Shown: piece by piece, positions 21,672-44,261 of the stretch | Position numbering within the stretch: the stretch's first letter is position 1 | Layout of the letters: every line of letters starts with the position of its first letter | Origin: the human T2T-CHM13v2.0 reference genome, Homo sapiens | Strand: one strand, 5' to 3' | Length of the DNA stretch: 64,000 nucleotides | NCBI RefSeq assembly: GCF_009914755.1 | Contig: NC_060943.1 | Notes under the pieces: generated by a model | Told to the model about the DNA's origin: nothing | What the model saw: only the letters and a program-made list of their open reading frames with translations | Database searches by the model: none | Position numbers and translations under genes: made by a program

Positions 21672-21806
21672 GTGAGATGATATTCTCGGTGGATTGTTCT
21701 GTCTCCTTTCTTTCAGAAACGCTGGGCCTTCGAGTTGGGAGTCTTCTCTGAGTCTGAAGTGTCCTGCCTGACAGGTTTGCTCACGCTTACCTATGCCTTC
21801 CCTCAG

Positions 21807-22278
21807 TGCCGAGACCAGCTTGGTCGTGGGGACCCTAACCTAGTGGCACTAGAGGAATTAAAGACACAGACACAAGAATAGAGTGTAAAGTGGGATCAGG
21901 GGCCAACAGCCTTCAGAGCTGAGAGCTGCGAACAGGGTTTGACCCACATATTTATTGACAGCAAGCCATTGATAAGCATTGTTTCTATAGATTATAGATT
22001 AACTAAAAGCATTCCTTATGGGAAACAAAACATTCTTAGCAAGGAGTAGAGAAACAGTCTTTGGCTAATTATCTGCAGCAAAAACGTGTTAAGGCACAGG
22101 CCACTCATGCTATTGTTTGTGGTTTGAGCAGTTTTCCACTCCGGGCAGGCCAGGTGTTCCTTGTCCTGCTCCAGTAAGCCAACAGCTTCTAGCAGTGTGT
22201 GTCATAGCCATCACAAGCACGTTTCATTGCTGCAAAAATCCTGCTTATGGCCAATTTCTTTAAAGCCTGTTGCCAGCA
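21807..22278 (-). mobile_element. 3' LTR (MER9)
   Basis: Minus strand reads TGCTGGCAACAGG...AATAAATATGTGGG...CTGGTCTCGGCA, preceded by the PPT AGAAAGGGGAACA. Confidence 0.9.
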
Positions 22279-22289
22279 TGTTCCCCTTT

Positions 22290-23150
22290 CTGTTTTTGCA
22301 AAGTGACAAAGGCAAAGGCTGCTTTGTCACGGTGGGCTACTTCTCACAGGATTCGGGATTCGGGATTTGGATCTGCATGCTACACAAAGACAAACAACAC
22401 AGATTAAAAGCACAATCATCATTGAAATCAGGGAGCCTCCAATTGTCTTGATCCATTTTAACGGGTTAATAGCTGCTAATCTGTCTGCAGCTCCTTCAAG
22501 CTCTTTAGTTCCTGGCATTAGCATCAGATGTGCCTGAGAGGCTTGGAATACTTGTTCCTTCAGTTTTGTAATATCTAAAGATAAATTTCCAGTATGACCC
22601 TTTAAATGTCTCTTAACTCTTTCCTACTCATGCTCTGTTTCATTATACAGATGAGGAGTAATGCAAAAATCAGAAGTATTCCAATCACATTGTATCTGCA
22701 TTCTATATTCTAGACTAACTACTTGATCTCCTAGCCGCATTACAGTTTATCGGAGATCATTGATTTGATTAGCTAGTTTTCGATCTGTGTTAGTTTGGGA
22801 ATTCCACTGCAAAGTAGAATTTTTCTGCCAATTATTTACGTAGTCTGCTCTTTGTACTGTGGAATGCAAAGTAACTCCAGCTACCGTGGCAGTAGCTGTG
22901 ACAGCAATCAATCCCATAATGATTAAAATTAAAGTGGCAATGAAACACCGAGAGTACCTCAAACTCTTTTGAAGAATTTCAGTAATGTATGCACAGAAGG
23001 AGAGGCTTCCCAAGGACAGGAAAGCTTTACAGGTATCCATACTCCTTCTCAGGCTCTTACCACTAAAATAGAATGATGAGTATTATACAGGGAAGAATTC
23101 AAGAAAACAATGTACATTCTTGACAAGTCACATGATGATTAGGGAGATCA
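22290..23150 (-). pseudogene. HML-3 env remnant (mostly TM; most of SU deleted)
   Basis: ORFs read [31 protein letters not shown]...[10 protein letters not shown] and LAAINPLKWIKTIGGSLIS, a betaretroviral TM. The IN tail joins env abruptly near 23170. Confidence 0.85.
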
Positions 23151-23189
23151 AGTTTTAAATCACTTACTCCAAACAGAAAAGGAGGCCTT

Positions 23190-25780
23190 ATTGTCAGTCT
23201 CGACATGGCTGCAACTGGGGGGTCCTCGGGTTCCTCCCAAAATCTCTTCCTCAGCATCTGGCTCATGATAAGGTTTCAGGTGTCTTAATGGTATCCAAAT
23301 CGGCTGCTGGTTTTGGCCTGGAGATACACAAGCATAACTTCTACCCCAAGTTATTATTTTACCTATTTCCCAACTTTTTGTTATGGGATCTCTCCACCAA
23401 ACCAGTTCTGCTTCTGTCTTTGCCGCTGATTTCTGTAAATGCTGTTCAGCTGCTGATAGCATTTGGCCTTTAGGCAGGCTCAAAAAATTTAAAGTCAATA
23501 ATGCTAGATTCAGTTGCATAATTGCAGTTCCATAATCACTGTTCCCCCCTTTGTGTTTTTGTAATTGCTGTTTTAGGGAGAGATTCATTCTTTCCACAAT
23601 GGCTTGTCCTTGTGAATTATATGGGATGCCAGTAATGTGTTTAATACTCTATATAGAGAAAAATGTAGCTAGAGCTTGGCTAGTACGGCCTTGGGTGTTA
23701 TCTGTTTTAATAAAAGCTGGAATGCCCATCACTGCGAAGCATTGCAGAAAATGCCATTTAACACAGGCAGAAGAGTCCCTCGTTTGACAGGTAGCCTAAA
23801 CAAAGTGAGAAAAGGTATCTACACATACATGCACATAAGCCAGTTTACCAAAAGAAGGAACATAAATGACATCCATTTGCCAAACAGAATTAGGTTCCAA
23901 TCCTCGAGGATTAACTCCTCCTGTAAAAGATGAGGAATGCACCAATTGGCAAGTTGCGCATTGCTGGATAATAGATTTAGCTTCTTTCCAGGTAATGCTG
24001 TATCTATGTTTTAGACCAGAGGCATTAACATGGGTTAAATTGTGAAAGTGTCTGGCATTAGATATTGCAGTAGCAACTAGGCGATCAGCCATTTGATTCC
24101 CTGCAGTTAAAGGTCCTGGAAAGGGTGTATGAGCTCTAATATGAGTAATGAAAAAGGGTGCATTCTATTCCTAACTGTGGTTTGTAACTGGGTAAATAAA
24201 GTCATTAGCTGTTCATCTGTTGAAATCATAACTGAGCATTTTTAATTGTGTGGAATGGACTACATATGAAGAATTAGAAATTACATTGACAGGCATCTTA
24301 AAAGCAGTCAGTACCTTAATTACAGCTACAAGCTCCGATTTTTGAGCTGAAGTATAGGGCGTGTGGAAGACTTTAGTTTTTGATCCAGAGTAAGAAGCTT
24401 TACTGTTACTAGACCCATCTGTAAAAACATTTTCAGCACTTTTAATTGGTTTAAATTTAGTCATTCTAGGGAGCATCTAGTTAGTTTTAAAAATTGAAAT
24501 AATTTTGTTTTTGGAAAGTGATTATTAAGCACTCCCACGAAATCAGCTAAGTGGTTTTGCTAAGTAAGATGATTTATAAAGGATTGTTGTATTTGTGCCT
24601 TTGTAAGAGGGACAATAATTTTTTCAGGGTCATATCCATGCAGTTTAACAATTCAAATTCTCCCATTCCCTATCAGAGTAGCAATTTGATCCAAATAATG
24701 AATTAGAATCCATGAATTCATATGTGGAAGAAAAAGCCATTCTACCAAGTCTGCTTTTGGACAGTAACACCAGTAGGTGAATGCTAAGTTGGAAAAATCA
24801 ATAAATCTAAAGCCTTTTCTGGATCTATTCTATTTATTTGAGGTTTTATGTACTTGTTTTTCAATGAGTTGTAACTCTGCCTCAGCCTCCTTTGTTAATT
24901 GCTGAGGGCTAGTGAGACTAGGATCTCCTTTAAGGATAGAAAATAGATTACTCATGTCATAGGTAGGAATGCCTAGAGCAGGTTGTATCCAATTAATGTC
25001 CCTTAGTAATTTTTGAAAGTCATTCAGTGTTTTCAATTGATCCTTATGGTTACTTTCTGTGGCACTACTGTAGTGTCATTTACTAAGGTCCCTAAGTAGG
25101 AGTAAGGAGTAGTGGTCTGAATTTTTGTCAGGAGCTATAATTAAACTGGCATGAGAAATCGAATTTTTTAAGTGATCATAATATTGGAGTAATATTTCCT
25201 GAGTGGGGGCAGCACAAAGAATATCGTCCATATAATGAATAATATAACACTGAAAATTTTTTATGAGTAGGTTCAATTGCTTGTTCTACATAAGTCTGAC
25301 AAATTGTTGGACAGTTTAACATGCCTTGTGGCAACACTTTCCAATGAAAACGCTTAGCAGGCTGCAGGTTGTTTACCGCAGGAATTATAAATGCAAACCG
25401 TTCACAGCCTTGCTCAGCTAAGGGGATAGTAAAGAAACAGTCTTTTAAATCTATGACTATTAAAGACCAATTTTTTAGAATCAGCAGGAAAAGGCAGTCC
25501 TGGCTGCAATGTCCCCATAGGTTGTATAACTGAATTAATGGCTCTAAGATCTGTCAACATGCTCCATTTATGTGATTTTTTTCTTAATAACAAAGACTGG
25601 AGAATTCCAGGGGGAAAATGTTGGAGCTGTGTGTCCTTTTTCTAATTGTTCAGTAACTAAGTCCTCTAAAGCCTCCAGTTTCTCTTTACTTAGCGGCCAT
25701 TGTTTTATCCAAGTTGGTTTATTTGTTAACCATTTTAAAGGTATAGGTTCTGGAGGCTTAACAATGGCTGCCATGAAAAA
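23190..25780 (-). pseudogene. HML-3 pol remnant (RT, RNase H, integrase), frameshifted
   Basis: RT: [36 protein letters not shown]. RNase H: VFTDGS. Integrase: HNLTH..CATC, WQMDV..VDTFS, VWWRDP. Confidence 0.92.
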
Positions 25781-25789
25781 TTATATCCT

Positions 25790-26900
<1,111 letters not shown>

Positions 26901-28669
26901 CATAAATCTACTACCAGCTGTGGCAGGGGACAGGTATTGTATGGGGGTGAGGGAGTGGCCTGAGCTGGAAATGCCCCGGTTTGGAATGAGGCCTGGGACG
27001 GGCCCCTCATGGCGTTTCCTGAAATCGGGTTCCCATCTTCATCAAACTTAGAGTGACACTGATTAGCCCAGTGTTTTCGTTTTTTACATTTTGGACATAT
27101 TTCAGGGTCAGCAGATTTCTTTTTTCCCCCAACTGGCAGCCTGACTTGCTGGTTTTTTCTACATTCTTTTTCACTATGATCATGCTTCCCCCAGTTAAAA
27201 CAAGCTCCAGGAAGTGGAGTATTTCCTTTACCCACTTTCAGTCCTGCCATTGCCTGGGCTAGCAGAGTAGTCTTATGCAGATTACCTCCAATACCATCAC
27301 AAGCTTTAATATAGTCAACCAAATGTGCTTTTCCCCTAATAGGTCACAGAGTGGCTTGGCACTCAGGATTGGCATTGTCGAAAACTAATAACCACAACAC
27401 TACGTCCTGAGCAGCTGAATCTGCAATCACCTTTTTAAGAGACTCCTGTAATCTAGCTATAAAATCTGCATACAGTTCTTTCAGTCCCTGCTTGACAGCA
27501 CTTGAAGGGTATTGTTCCCTGCCTGAAGTGATTTTTTTCCCAAGCTCTAATGCACACTCCTCTAAGCTGCTCTATGGCATCATCCCACATAACCACTTGT
27601 GCATCTAAACCACACCAGCCACCGACTCCCAAAAGTTGGTCTGCAGTTATATTAATTTGAGGTTGGGCCTGGGCGTTGTGAGCAGCCTGGATGGAAGCTT
27701 CATCTGCCCACCAAGTTTTAAATTGTAAGAACTGAGCAGGAGTTAGACAAGCTCAAGTAAGTGCATTGTAGTCAGTAGGAATCATTTGACTGGAGACAGC
27801 AACATTCTTTAACAGTCCCATTACAAAAGGAGAACCTGGTCCATATTGATTAATAGCTTGTTTAAATTCTTTAAGTATTTTAAAAGGAAAAGGCTCAAAT
27901 GTAGCCATCATATTCCCCTGTTGATCAGGTGGGTGTATTCTAACAGGGAACTGCCAAGCATCCATATCACACTCTCATCTAGCTTGCTGGATTCCTGCCT
28001 GAATAGAACCGAGAGCAGTTGCTTGAGGCGCTGCTCGAACAGTCACTAGGGCAACTACTTTTTGTCCAGTGTCCTCTGGAAAAGAAAGACCTGGAGGGTG
28101 AGGCCACTCTTTTTCTTCAAAATGATGAGGGGGTGTAGATGGGTAGGGACAAACCTCTCCCTCCTTTGCTGCTTTAGCTGGCAAGGAAACCTTCTCTGTC
28201 ACTTCTTCTGTACTTCATTACACTCCCCTTCTTCCTCTGATTCCTCTTCCTTATCATCTGTGTGGAAAGGCTCCAAGGTGGAATGAACCAGAGCCCACAC
28301 TGACCAGACAGTTATAGGAATATCCTCAGCGCCATCCTTATATGACTTCTTCAGTGTGCTGCCTACCTTTTCCCAGACCTCTACATTCATAGTTTCTCAG
28401 TCCGGATACCAGGGGCAATATTTCTCTACCACACTAAAAACCTGCATGAGTCAGCTAGTGCTAACCTTTACTTTTCCTTTTCTGAGGAGCTGCTGAAGGA
28501 GACTCAAATAAGCCTCGTGTCTGCTCGACCCTTGTCCCATTGTTACCCTGATGCTTCTGAGCTCCCCTTCTTACTCACCGCAGGGATTGCTTAACAGTAC
28601 TTGGGTGTTCTCCAGTGTAGTTCCACGTTCTCCAGCCGTCACTCTGGTGACCCTTCGACAAGGGTTTGA

Positions 28670-28687
28670 GCCCCATGTTAGGCGCCA
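28670..28687 (-). promoter_or_regulatory. Primer-binding site, tRNA-Lys1,2(CUU)-like
   Basis: TGGCGCCTAACATGGGGC versus canonical TGGCGCCCAACGTGGGGC, 2 nt after the 5' LTR. Confidence 0.88.
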
Positions 28688-28689
28688 CT

Positions 28690-29179
28690 TGCTCAGACCA
28701 GCTCGGTCGTGGGGACCCTAACCTAGTGGCGCTAGAGGAATTAAATACACAGACACAAGAATAGACTGTAAAGTGTGATCAGGGGGCCAACAGCCTTCAG
28801 AGCTGAGAGCTGTGAACAGAGTTTGACCCACATTTTATTGACAGCAAGCCAGTAATGCTTCTATAGATTATAGATTAACTAAAAGCATTCCTTACAGGAA
28901 ACAAAACATTCTTAGCAAGGATTAGAGAAACAGGCTCTGGCTGATTATCTGCAGCAAAAACGTGTTGTTAAGGCACAGGCTACTCATCCTATTGTTTGTG
29001 GTTTGAGCAGTTTTCTACTTTGGGCAGGCCAGGTGTTCCTTGCCCTTCTCCAGTAAACCAACAACTTTTAGCAGTGTGCGTCATAGCCATCATGAGCACA
29101 TTTCATTGCTGCAGAAATCCTATTTATGGCCAGCTTCTTTAAAGCCTGTTTATGACAGGCTTAGGGCCTGTTGCCAGCA
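28690..29179 (-). mobile_element. 5' LTR (MER9)
   Basis: Direct repeat of 21807-22278 with small indels. Confidence 0.9.
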
Positions 29180-31958
29180 CCGCAGTCCTTCTAACCTCAC
29201 TTAGATTCCATCTCCCGTTACCCAGTGACATGAACTGGGGATGAGGCTTCACTGGGCATGGTTCTGGGAAGGGCTCACTCCCTAGCATGGATGGAGATGG
29301 GGTGCGGGCCCCATGGTGTTAGAGCTGTTGGGCAGTAGGGATTGTTCAGGGGCCACATCTGACTTCACCGTCACCTCTCTGTAGACCAGAAGCTGCACGT
29401 GGAAGTCATGTATTATGCACAAGCACCTAGTAAATTCTAGGAAAGGAGTGAAGGAAGGAAAACGTTTTCTGCTTGATTTTTTTCTTCTTTTTTTTTTTTT
29501 TTTTTGAGACCGAGTCTTGCTCTGTCATCCAGGCCAGAGTACAGTAGCGCAATCTCGGCTCACTACAACTTCTGTCTCCCTGGTTCAAGCAATTCTTGTG
29601 CCTCAGTGTCCCGAGTAGCTGGGATGTCAGGTGCCCACCACCACGCCCAGCTAATTTTTGTATTTTTATTAGAGATGGGGTTTCAACATGTTGTCTAGGC
29701 TGGTCCTGAACTCCCGAGCTCAGGTGATCCACCCACCTCAGCTTCCCAAAGTGCTGGGATTATAGGCGTGAGCCACTGTGCCCAGCCTTCCTGCCTGATT
29801 TTTACTACAGTTGAAGCTAAACGCCTTTCCCAGTTTTTTATGTCTACCTTGGTTCAGGGAGGACGTTCTCTCATCATTCTCAGCATGTGCCTCTCACAGA
29901 GACCGATTTTCCTTTGGGGAGTCTCCTGCACCAGCTGTGTTAAGCAAAAAATGTGATAATTTTGCTCAGAGATTGGAGCAGATTTTTTTTTTGTCAGAGA
30001 GGAGGAAATCATATTCTTGTCCACGAATTATTATCATTTTTTCAACATCAAATTATGTATAAATTTGTCTTATAGGAAAACTCCAAATGTACAGGTTAGG
30101 CCATCAAATACAAAACATTCCCTGTCCTAAATGTCTATGTGACATGTAAATAATTGTTATGGGAGGGAGCCTTCCACCCTCTCTCAGTCTCACTGGGACC
30201 CACTCCTGTCACCTCTGTCAGGAGTGAGAGCAAGTCCTGTAGAATTATATGTATACAGCATTGTGGTGTTTTAAGTAAAATTCTCAGTGATTGTTTTATG
30301 ATACTTTATTCTGTAAGTTGTGAAAATTTACTCCTTTACAACTTCATGTGAACGTTCTCTGAATTAACAATCAGTCACCTCTCTGTTTTTAGTGTCTGGC
30401 TTGGTTCAGGGAAGATGCGCTCTGGTCAGCCCAGCTGGAGACTCTGGAGGTCCCTCGCCTTGTCTGGGATGTGTCCTCTCTGGGCTTTGCTTGTTACCTC
30501 CTCACTGAAGGGGGTGACCAGGTTCTGCTGAGGAGTGTCCCTTTCTGCACCTGCTCTTCAGCCTGTGTGGGGCAATAGGAAGCTGGGGTCTGCACTGTCA
30601 CCTGGTGTCTGCCTGCATTACTGCTGGCTCTGGTTTATACTGGTGCCTTTGTTCTCAGTGGCTTCCTGACCTGGGGCCCTGTTACTTCAATGCTTATGTT
30701 CAGACAAGACAGAAACTTGTCCCTTAGGCAGTTCCCTGAAAAGTCAGAAGGTTGGATAGACATTCCCATTGTTTTCCTCTCTCAGGAGATATCTGGAGTT
30801 TGTGGTATCCTCTGGATGATGGCATGTCATGCCTGGGCAGGGGTTCTGGTGGGCGTGTGTCACATTTTCACACTCAGCTCCCAGTAGGTTGACTTGGTAC
30901 TGGTGCATCTCTGGGTGCAGCCTCCTGAGTGGCTTCTGGATTTCTCACAAAAGTCAGTTGGCCCACGTATTCTTGTTTAATTTGTGTCCACATGGATTCA
31001 AAATGGTCCGGGGCTTCCTATTCCTCTGTCTTGCTGACATTACTCTTTTAGTAGAGTTGCAGATTTCTAACACAGGTCTGGAATGTCTTCTAGTTAGGGG
31101 CCATTTCCTAAGGGAGATGTCAGATGTTTCTTTCCTGTATGTGTCATTTTATAAATAATGCTGCTAAAGAAGGAAATTTTTTTCAATATATTTTTTTCTT
31201 TTTTTTAAATTTATTTTCTTCTTTTAATTCATTTTTCTTTCTTTCTTTTTGAGACAGAGTCTTGCTCTGTCACCCAGGCTGGGGTGCCGTGGCAGGATCT
31301 CAGCTCACTGCAACTTCTGTCTTCTGGGTTCAAGCAATTCTCATGCCTCAGCCTCACAAGTAGCTGAGATTACAGGCACCCACCACCATGCCCAGCTAAT
31401 TTTTTGTATTTTTAGTAGAGATGGGGTTTCACCATGTTGGCCAGGCTGGTCTCGAACTCCTGACCTCAAGTGATCCGCCTGCGTTGGCTTCCCAAAATGC
31501 TGGGATTACAGGCATGATCCCAGCACTGCACCAGGCTAATATATTCTTATTAGTTAATATGTTAAAATGACATTCTTTGTCTTGGTTAAAATAATTTTGT
31601 TAATTATATACATTTTTAAATCCAGCTTTTTCCTGCCTCCAACACCAACTAATTTTTTTTTTTTTAACCTCTCTTTCTGGCCCCTGCCCAGGCATCCTGT
31701 GCAGTGGTGATTGGCTGCAGCACAGACCAGCCCCCTTTTCCCTGCCTTAAAGTCAAGGAAATGTCTGCCATGTTTACTGCTGATTATCATGTTTCATGAG
31801 ACGTTCTTGCTTAATGATATGGTTGTTTTTGTTTTCAAATTTTATTTTTGTCCTTGTTTTTAATTATCTAGTAATTTCTTAAGATGTATACTGCTAGCCG
31901 GTCATGGTGGCTCATGCCTGTAATCCCAGCACTTTGGGAGGCCGAGGCGGGTGGATCA

Positions 31959-32246
<288 letters not shown>

Positions 32247-34328
32247 TTATTATATCATATTAATAAATTTTCTGTCATGTATTAATGTTTTATTAATGGA
32301 ATATATTGATAAACCCCATTGGGCTTTTGTAAATACCAAATAGATAAATTTTATGGACATAATTATTATATTTATGTAAGTCGGGGTTGATCACATGTGT
32401 GTAGAATCCCAGCTTCTTGGGAAGCTGAGGCAGGAGCATCCCTTGAATGCAGGAGTTTGAGACCACCCTAGGCAACATACTGAAACCCCATCTCAATTTT
32501 TTAAAATATTATATATAATCATATTTTTTATATCAATAAAGATGGGATCTTTCTATGTTGCCCAGGCTGTTCTCAAACCCCTGTCCTCAAGCAGACCTCC
32601 CACCTTGGCCTCCCAAAGTGCTGGGATTACAGGTGGAGCCACCATGCCCAGCCTACATTTATATTTTTGAATCTGGGTATTTAATAGAGATTGGAGTTCA
32701 ACTTTCTGTGTTTTTTCATGGTCTATCATTTTTTAATGGCTTAATATACAGCAATGTTTATAAACTCAATTGAGTACAATTTATACATTTTTGTTGCAAA
32801 CATGCTGAAATGTACATAGCAAAAATAACAATGACAGGTGGGTGCAGTGGTACAAACCTTTAGTTCCAGATACTTGGGAGGCTGAGGAGGGAGAAACATT
32901 TGAGCCCCAGGAGTTCAAGGCCATAGTACACTGTGAATAAGCCACCTCCATGCAACCTGGACAACATAGTGAGACCCTGTCTCTAAAAATTAAAAAAAAA
33001 AGTGATGACAAATGTCATCTAAAAAATAGGTTATTGACAGACAACTCCTATTTCAGTTGATGTGTATAAGTATATATGTGTGCTAGTGTATATGGGTCTA
33101 AGTGTACATATATATAAGTGTGGACCGTGATGCGTGTTCATGACTGCACAGATGAGCAAGCCTATGGTTTTATTAAAGACATGTCATCATTTTTATGTAT
33201 TTTTTTAACAGTTGAAATTACATCTGAAATATTTTCCATGACCTCGGAAATTGTCGTACACCATCATGTTAATGAGTTGATGGCTGTGAATAGTAACATG
33301 GGATACATGTGTGTACTCATATATAATTTTTTTTTTTTTTTGACAGAGTCTCTGTTTGTCACCAGGCTGGAGTGCAGTGGCGCGATATTGGCTCACTGCA
33401 GTCTCGGCTCACTGCAATCTCTGCCTCCCAGGTTCAAGTGATTCTCCTGCCTCAGCCTCCTGAGTAGCTGGGATTAAAGGCACGTGCCACCATGCCCAGC
33501 TACTTTTTGTATTTTTTAGTAGAGACTGGGCTTCACCACGTTGGTCAGGCTGGTCTTGATCCCCTGACCTTGTGATCCACCCGCCTTGACCTCCCAAAGT
33601 GCTGGGATTACAGGCATGAGCCACCATGCCCAGCCATAATGACCTTTTATGAAGGTCCATGATTTTATCCCTAAACTTGTTTTAACTTTTTTCTTAGGTA
33701 ATTGTCAATTTACTTTTGATGCTGAGCTGTTCATTGTTTGATTCTTTTGGTTTGGTTCTAATGCCCGGACGCCTGGGATCTGGTGCTTACTTTGCTGTTT
33801 TTAGTCCTTACATCTGGGGCGAGTTTCTTAGGGTATCTGTGACACAGTTGTCTTCTCAGTAAGACAGGGACAGGTCTTTCTTTCATGGGCTTTTGTTGTT
33901 ATAGGAGTTAGTACATGTAAAGCATTTAGAATAGTGCCTGTCACATGGAAAGTGTTCAAAAGCTTCAGTCATTGCTATTGTTATCATCCCAGTTTTATAA
34001 TTCTTTTTTTTTTGAGACAGAGTCTCACTCTGTAGCCCAGGCTGTAGTGCAGTGGTGTGATGTTGGCTCATCGCAGCTTCTGCCTCCTGGGTTTAAGCAA
34101 TTCTCTTGCCTCAGCCTCCTGAGTAACTGGGATTACAGGCACCCACCAGTACCCCCAGCTGATTTTTGTATTTTTAGTAGAGGTGGGGTTTCACCATGTT
34201 GGCCAGGATGGTCTTGAACTCCTGACCTCAAGTGATCTGCCCTCCTCGGCCTCCCAAAATGGTGGGATTACAGGCGTGAGCCACCGCGCCCAGCCTATAA
34301 TTCTTTCTCTTTTTTTTTTTTTTTGTGA

Positions 34329-34433
<105 letters not shown>

Positions 34434-34739
34434 TGAGTAGCTGGGATTAACAGGTGCATACCACCACGCCCAGCTAATTTTTGTATTTTAATTAGAGACG
34501 GGGTTTCACCATGTTGGCCAGACTGGTCTCTAACTCCTGACCTCAGGTCATCTGCACACCTCAGCCTCCCAAAGTCCTGGGATTACAGGCGTGAGCCACC
34601 ATGCCTGGCCTATAATTCTTTTTTTTTTTTGAAGCCACTGTGGACATTGTCATCTCCAAAGACACCACTTGTCTTGTAGTGGTGGTGATATTGGTAGGTA
34701 TTCAGATCAGGTAGATACTGAATATGACTTGGAGTGTCA

Positions 34740-35192
<453 letters not shown>

Positions 35193-35325
35193 TCACAGAT
35201 ACCTTAATGGGGATTCGTCAGAACATTCTCTTCAATCCAGTTAATCTTTACAACTCCCTTCTCATTTTGAGTGAAGATTAATACCCTTTACATATCCTGT
35301 TGGTGAAATGTGGTTTTCATTTTAG

Positions 35326-35974
<649 letters not shown>

Positions 35975-36509
35975 TCATTAAAAAAACAAACAAACAAACA
36001 AAAAACTAAAAACCTTGTTGACTCAGAAATGAAAAGCTCCATAGTGTTTTCTGGAGTTGAAATGTCCTTTTTCTTCAGATGTTCTGTCCCCTTCATTATA
36101 CATCATTGGGTGGTACCAGGGCGGAAGTATGCATAAAACCTTTTTTGTTTGTTTTTGAGATTGAGTCTTGCTCTGTTGCCCTGGCTGGAGGGCACGTGAT
36201 CTTGGCTTACTGCAGCCTCTGCCTCCCAGGCTTAAGCAATTCGCCTTAGCCTCCCTAGTAACTGGGATTACAGGCACGTGCCACCACACCCGGCTAATTT
36301 TTCTATATTTCATTTTTACAGTGTTGGCCAGGCTGGTCTCAAAGTCCTGGGCTCAAGCAATCCACTTGCCTCAGCCTCCCGAAGTGCTGGGATTACAGGC
36401 ATGAGCCCCCGCACCCAGCTGCATAAAACCTTATGGCAAACTTTTCAGATACCCACTTCCCTGTTTTCTACTCCTGTGCTTTGTTTTATGTTTTGTTTTT
36501 TTTTTTTGA

Positions 36510-36835
<326 letters not shown>

Positions 36836-36986
36836 TGATGTCTGCATGTTATAATATTCCCTAAGCATTCAGAAGGAGGCAGTCTATGGATGAATTTGTG
36901 AAATATTATTCTTGATTCATTTGTGATATCCTGTCTCCTTCCTACACATAGGGCTTGGATTTTGGAGATGCTACAGCACATTTTGA

Positions 36987-37202
<216 letters not shown>

Positions 37203-37343
37203 TAGTTTTGGTTTTTTATGTTTGTATTTTTGTTTGTTTTGTTTTTGAGATGGAGTTTCACTGTCATGAAACAGAGCCTGAGAGACAGAGCGAGACTCAG
37301 TTTCAAATAAATAAATAATTTTTTTGTTTATTTGACTGGAGAT

Positions 37344-37366
37344 CTTTCTTTCTCTCTCTCTCTTTC

Positions 37367-37408
<42 letters not shown>

Positions 37409-37425
37409 TTTCTTCCTTTCCTTTA
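37344..37425. repeat. (TC)n/(TTTC)n microsatellite at an Alu tail
   Basis: Read directly from the sequence. Confidence 0.9.
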
Positions 37426-37859
37426 TTTGAGATGGAATTTTGCTCTATTGCCCGGGCTGAAGTGCAGTGGCGCTATCTCAGTTCATTGCAACCTCTGCCT
37501 CCCGGGTTCAAGGGATTCTGCTACCTCAGCCTTCCAGGTATCTATGATTATGGTCACCTGCACCATGCCTGGCTAATTTTTGTTTGTATTTTCAGTTAAG
37601 ACAGGGTTTCACTATGTTGGCCAGGCTGGTCTCGAACTCCTGACCTTAAGTGATCTATCTGCCTCGGCCTCCCAAAGTGCTAGAATTACAGGCATGAGCT
37701 ACCGCGCCCAGCTTCTTTTTGTTTTTCAGATACAGGGGTCTTGCTATGTTGATTTTGAACCCCTAGGCTTAAGCAATCCTCCTGCCTCAGCCTCCATAAG
37801 TACTCTGATTACCGGCATGAGCCATGATGCCTAGTCTTATTTTTTTATTTCGAATTTAG

Positions 37860-41520
<3,661 letters not shown>

Positions 41521-42647
41521 AAGGCAGTTGCTTTAAATATTTGTCAAGGGCCAGGTGCAGTGCCTCATGCCTGTAATCCCAACACTTTGGGAGGCCAAGG
41601 CAGGAGGATCACTTGAGCCAAGGAGTTCGAGACCAGTCTAGGCAATATCACGAGCCCTTGTCTCTAAAAGAACACAGAAAAAACTTGCTGAGGCTGGATG
41701 TGGTGGCTCACGCCTGTAATCCCAGCACTTTCGGAGGCTGAGGTGGCCGGATCATGGTCAGGAGTTCCAGACCAGCCTGGCCAACATGGTAAAACCCCAT
41801 CTCCACTAAAAATACAAAAATTAGCTGAGCATGTTGGCCGGCACCTGTAGTCCCAGTTACTCGGGAGGCTGAGGCAGGATAATTGCTTGAACCTGGAGGT
41901 GGAGGTTGCAGTGAGCTGAGATTGCGTCATTGTACTCCAGCCTGGGCAACAAGAGCAAAACTCCATCTTAAAAACAAACAAAAGAAATAACAAAAAACCC
42001 CAAAACTTGCTGAATGTGGTGGTGCATGCCTGTAGACCCAGCTACTCAGGAGGCTGAAGCAGGAGAGATCGCTTGAGCTGGGGAAGTAGATGCTGCAGTG
42101 AGCTACACTATACCACTGCACTCCAGCCTGGACGATAGAGTGAGACCCTGTCTTAAATAAATAAATAAATAAATATTTGTCTAGTAATTTAGAGAGCTGC
42201 CTGTCTTTTTCTAGGTTTGGCTTTATTTATTTTTTAGCCATATTTCTCTTTCCTTTCATAGGCCTTGTAATTTTTGGATTAGGTTTGGTAAAATAACTGC
42301 TTCTCTCAGTTGTTTTGTATAAGACTTGGTCAGAGGGAGATCTTTTCTAATTAGCCTGTTGTAAAGGGTGTGGGAACACTCACTCCTTTTCTGGGGATGT
42401 GCCTTTCCTAGCTTTGTGCATGTACTGTTATTATGTATACTGCTTCTCTTGAGTGTCTTATTTTCCCTAGAGACTTGTCCCTTCTTTTTCTCAGAAGGTT
42501 TCAATTCCTGTTCTATCTCTCTACTCATAATCCCTCTCAAACTCACCTGTAATCCTCCTGACTCCTACAGATTTCCCAGAACTCCAGTGCATCACCTTAC
42601 CCTTTTCTATTTTCAGCACAACCAGCGTGATGTACAAAGTGTGCTGA

Positions 42648-44036
<1,389 letters not shown>

Positions 44037-44261
44037 AAACTACAAATGCAACAAATGCGTCAAAGAATTTAGTGTGCACTCAAGCCTTACTACCCATCTT
44101 TTATTCCATACTGCAAAGAAATTTTGCAAATGTAAAGAATATGACAAGGTCTTCAAACACAAGTTTTTCTAATAACTCATTAGAGAATTTATACTGGAGA
44201 GACTTCACAATTATAATAAATGTGTGGAAAAGTCTTCAAAAAAATTTCACACCTTGCAAAA
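44037..44261 (+). pseudogene. Decayed zinc fingers after the ZNF480 stop (part 1)
   Basis: Reads [38 protein letters not shown] and [13 protein letters not shown]. Confidence 0.88.
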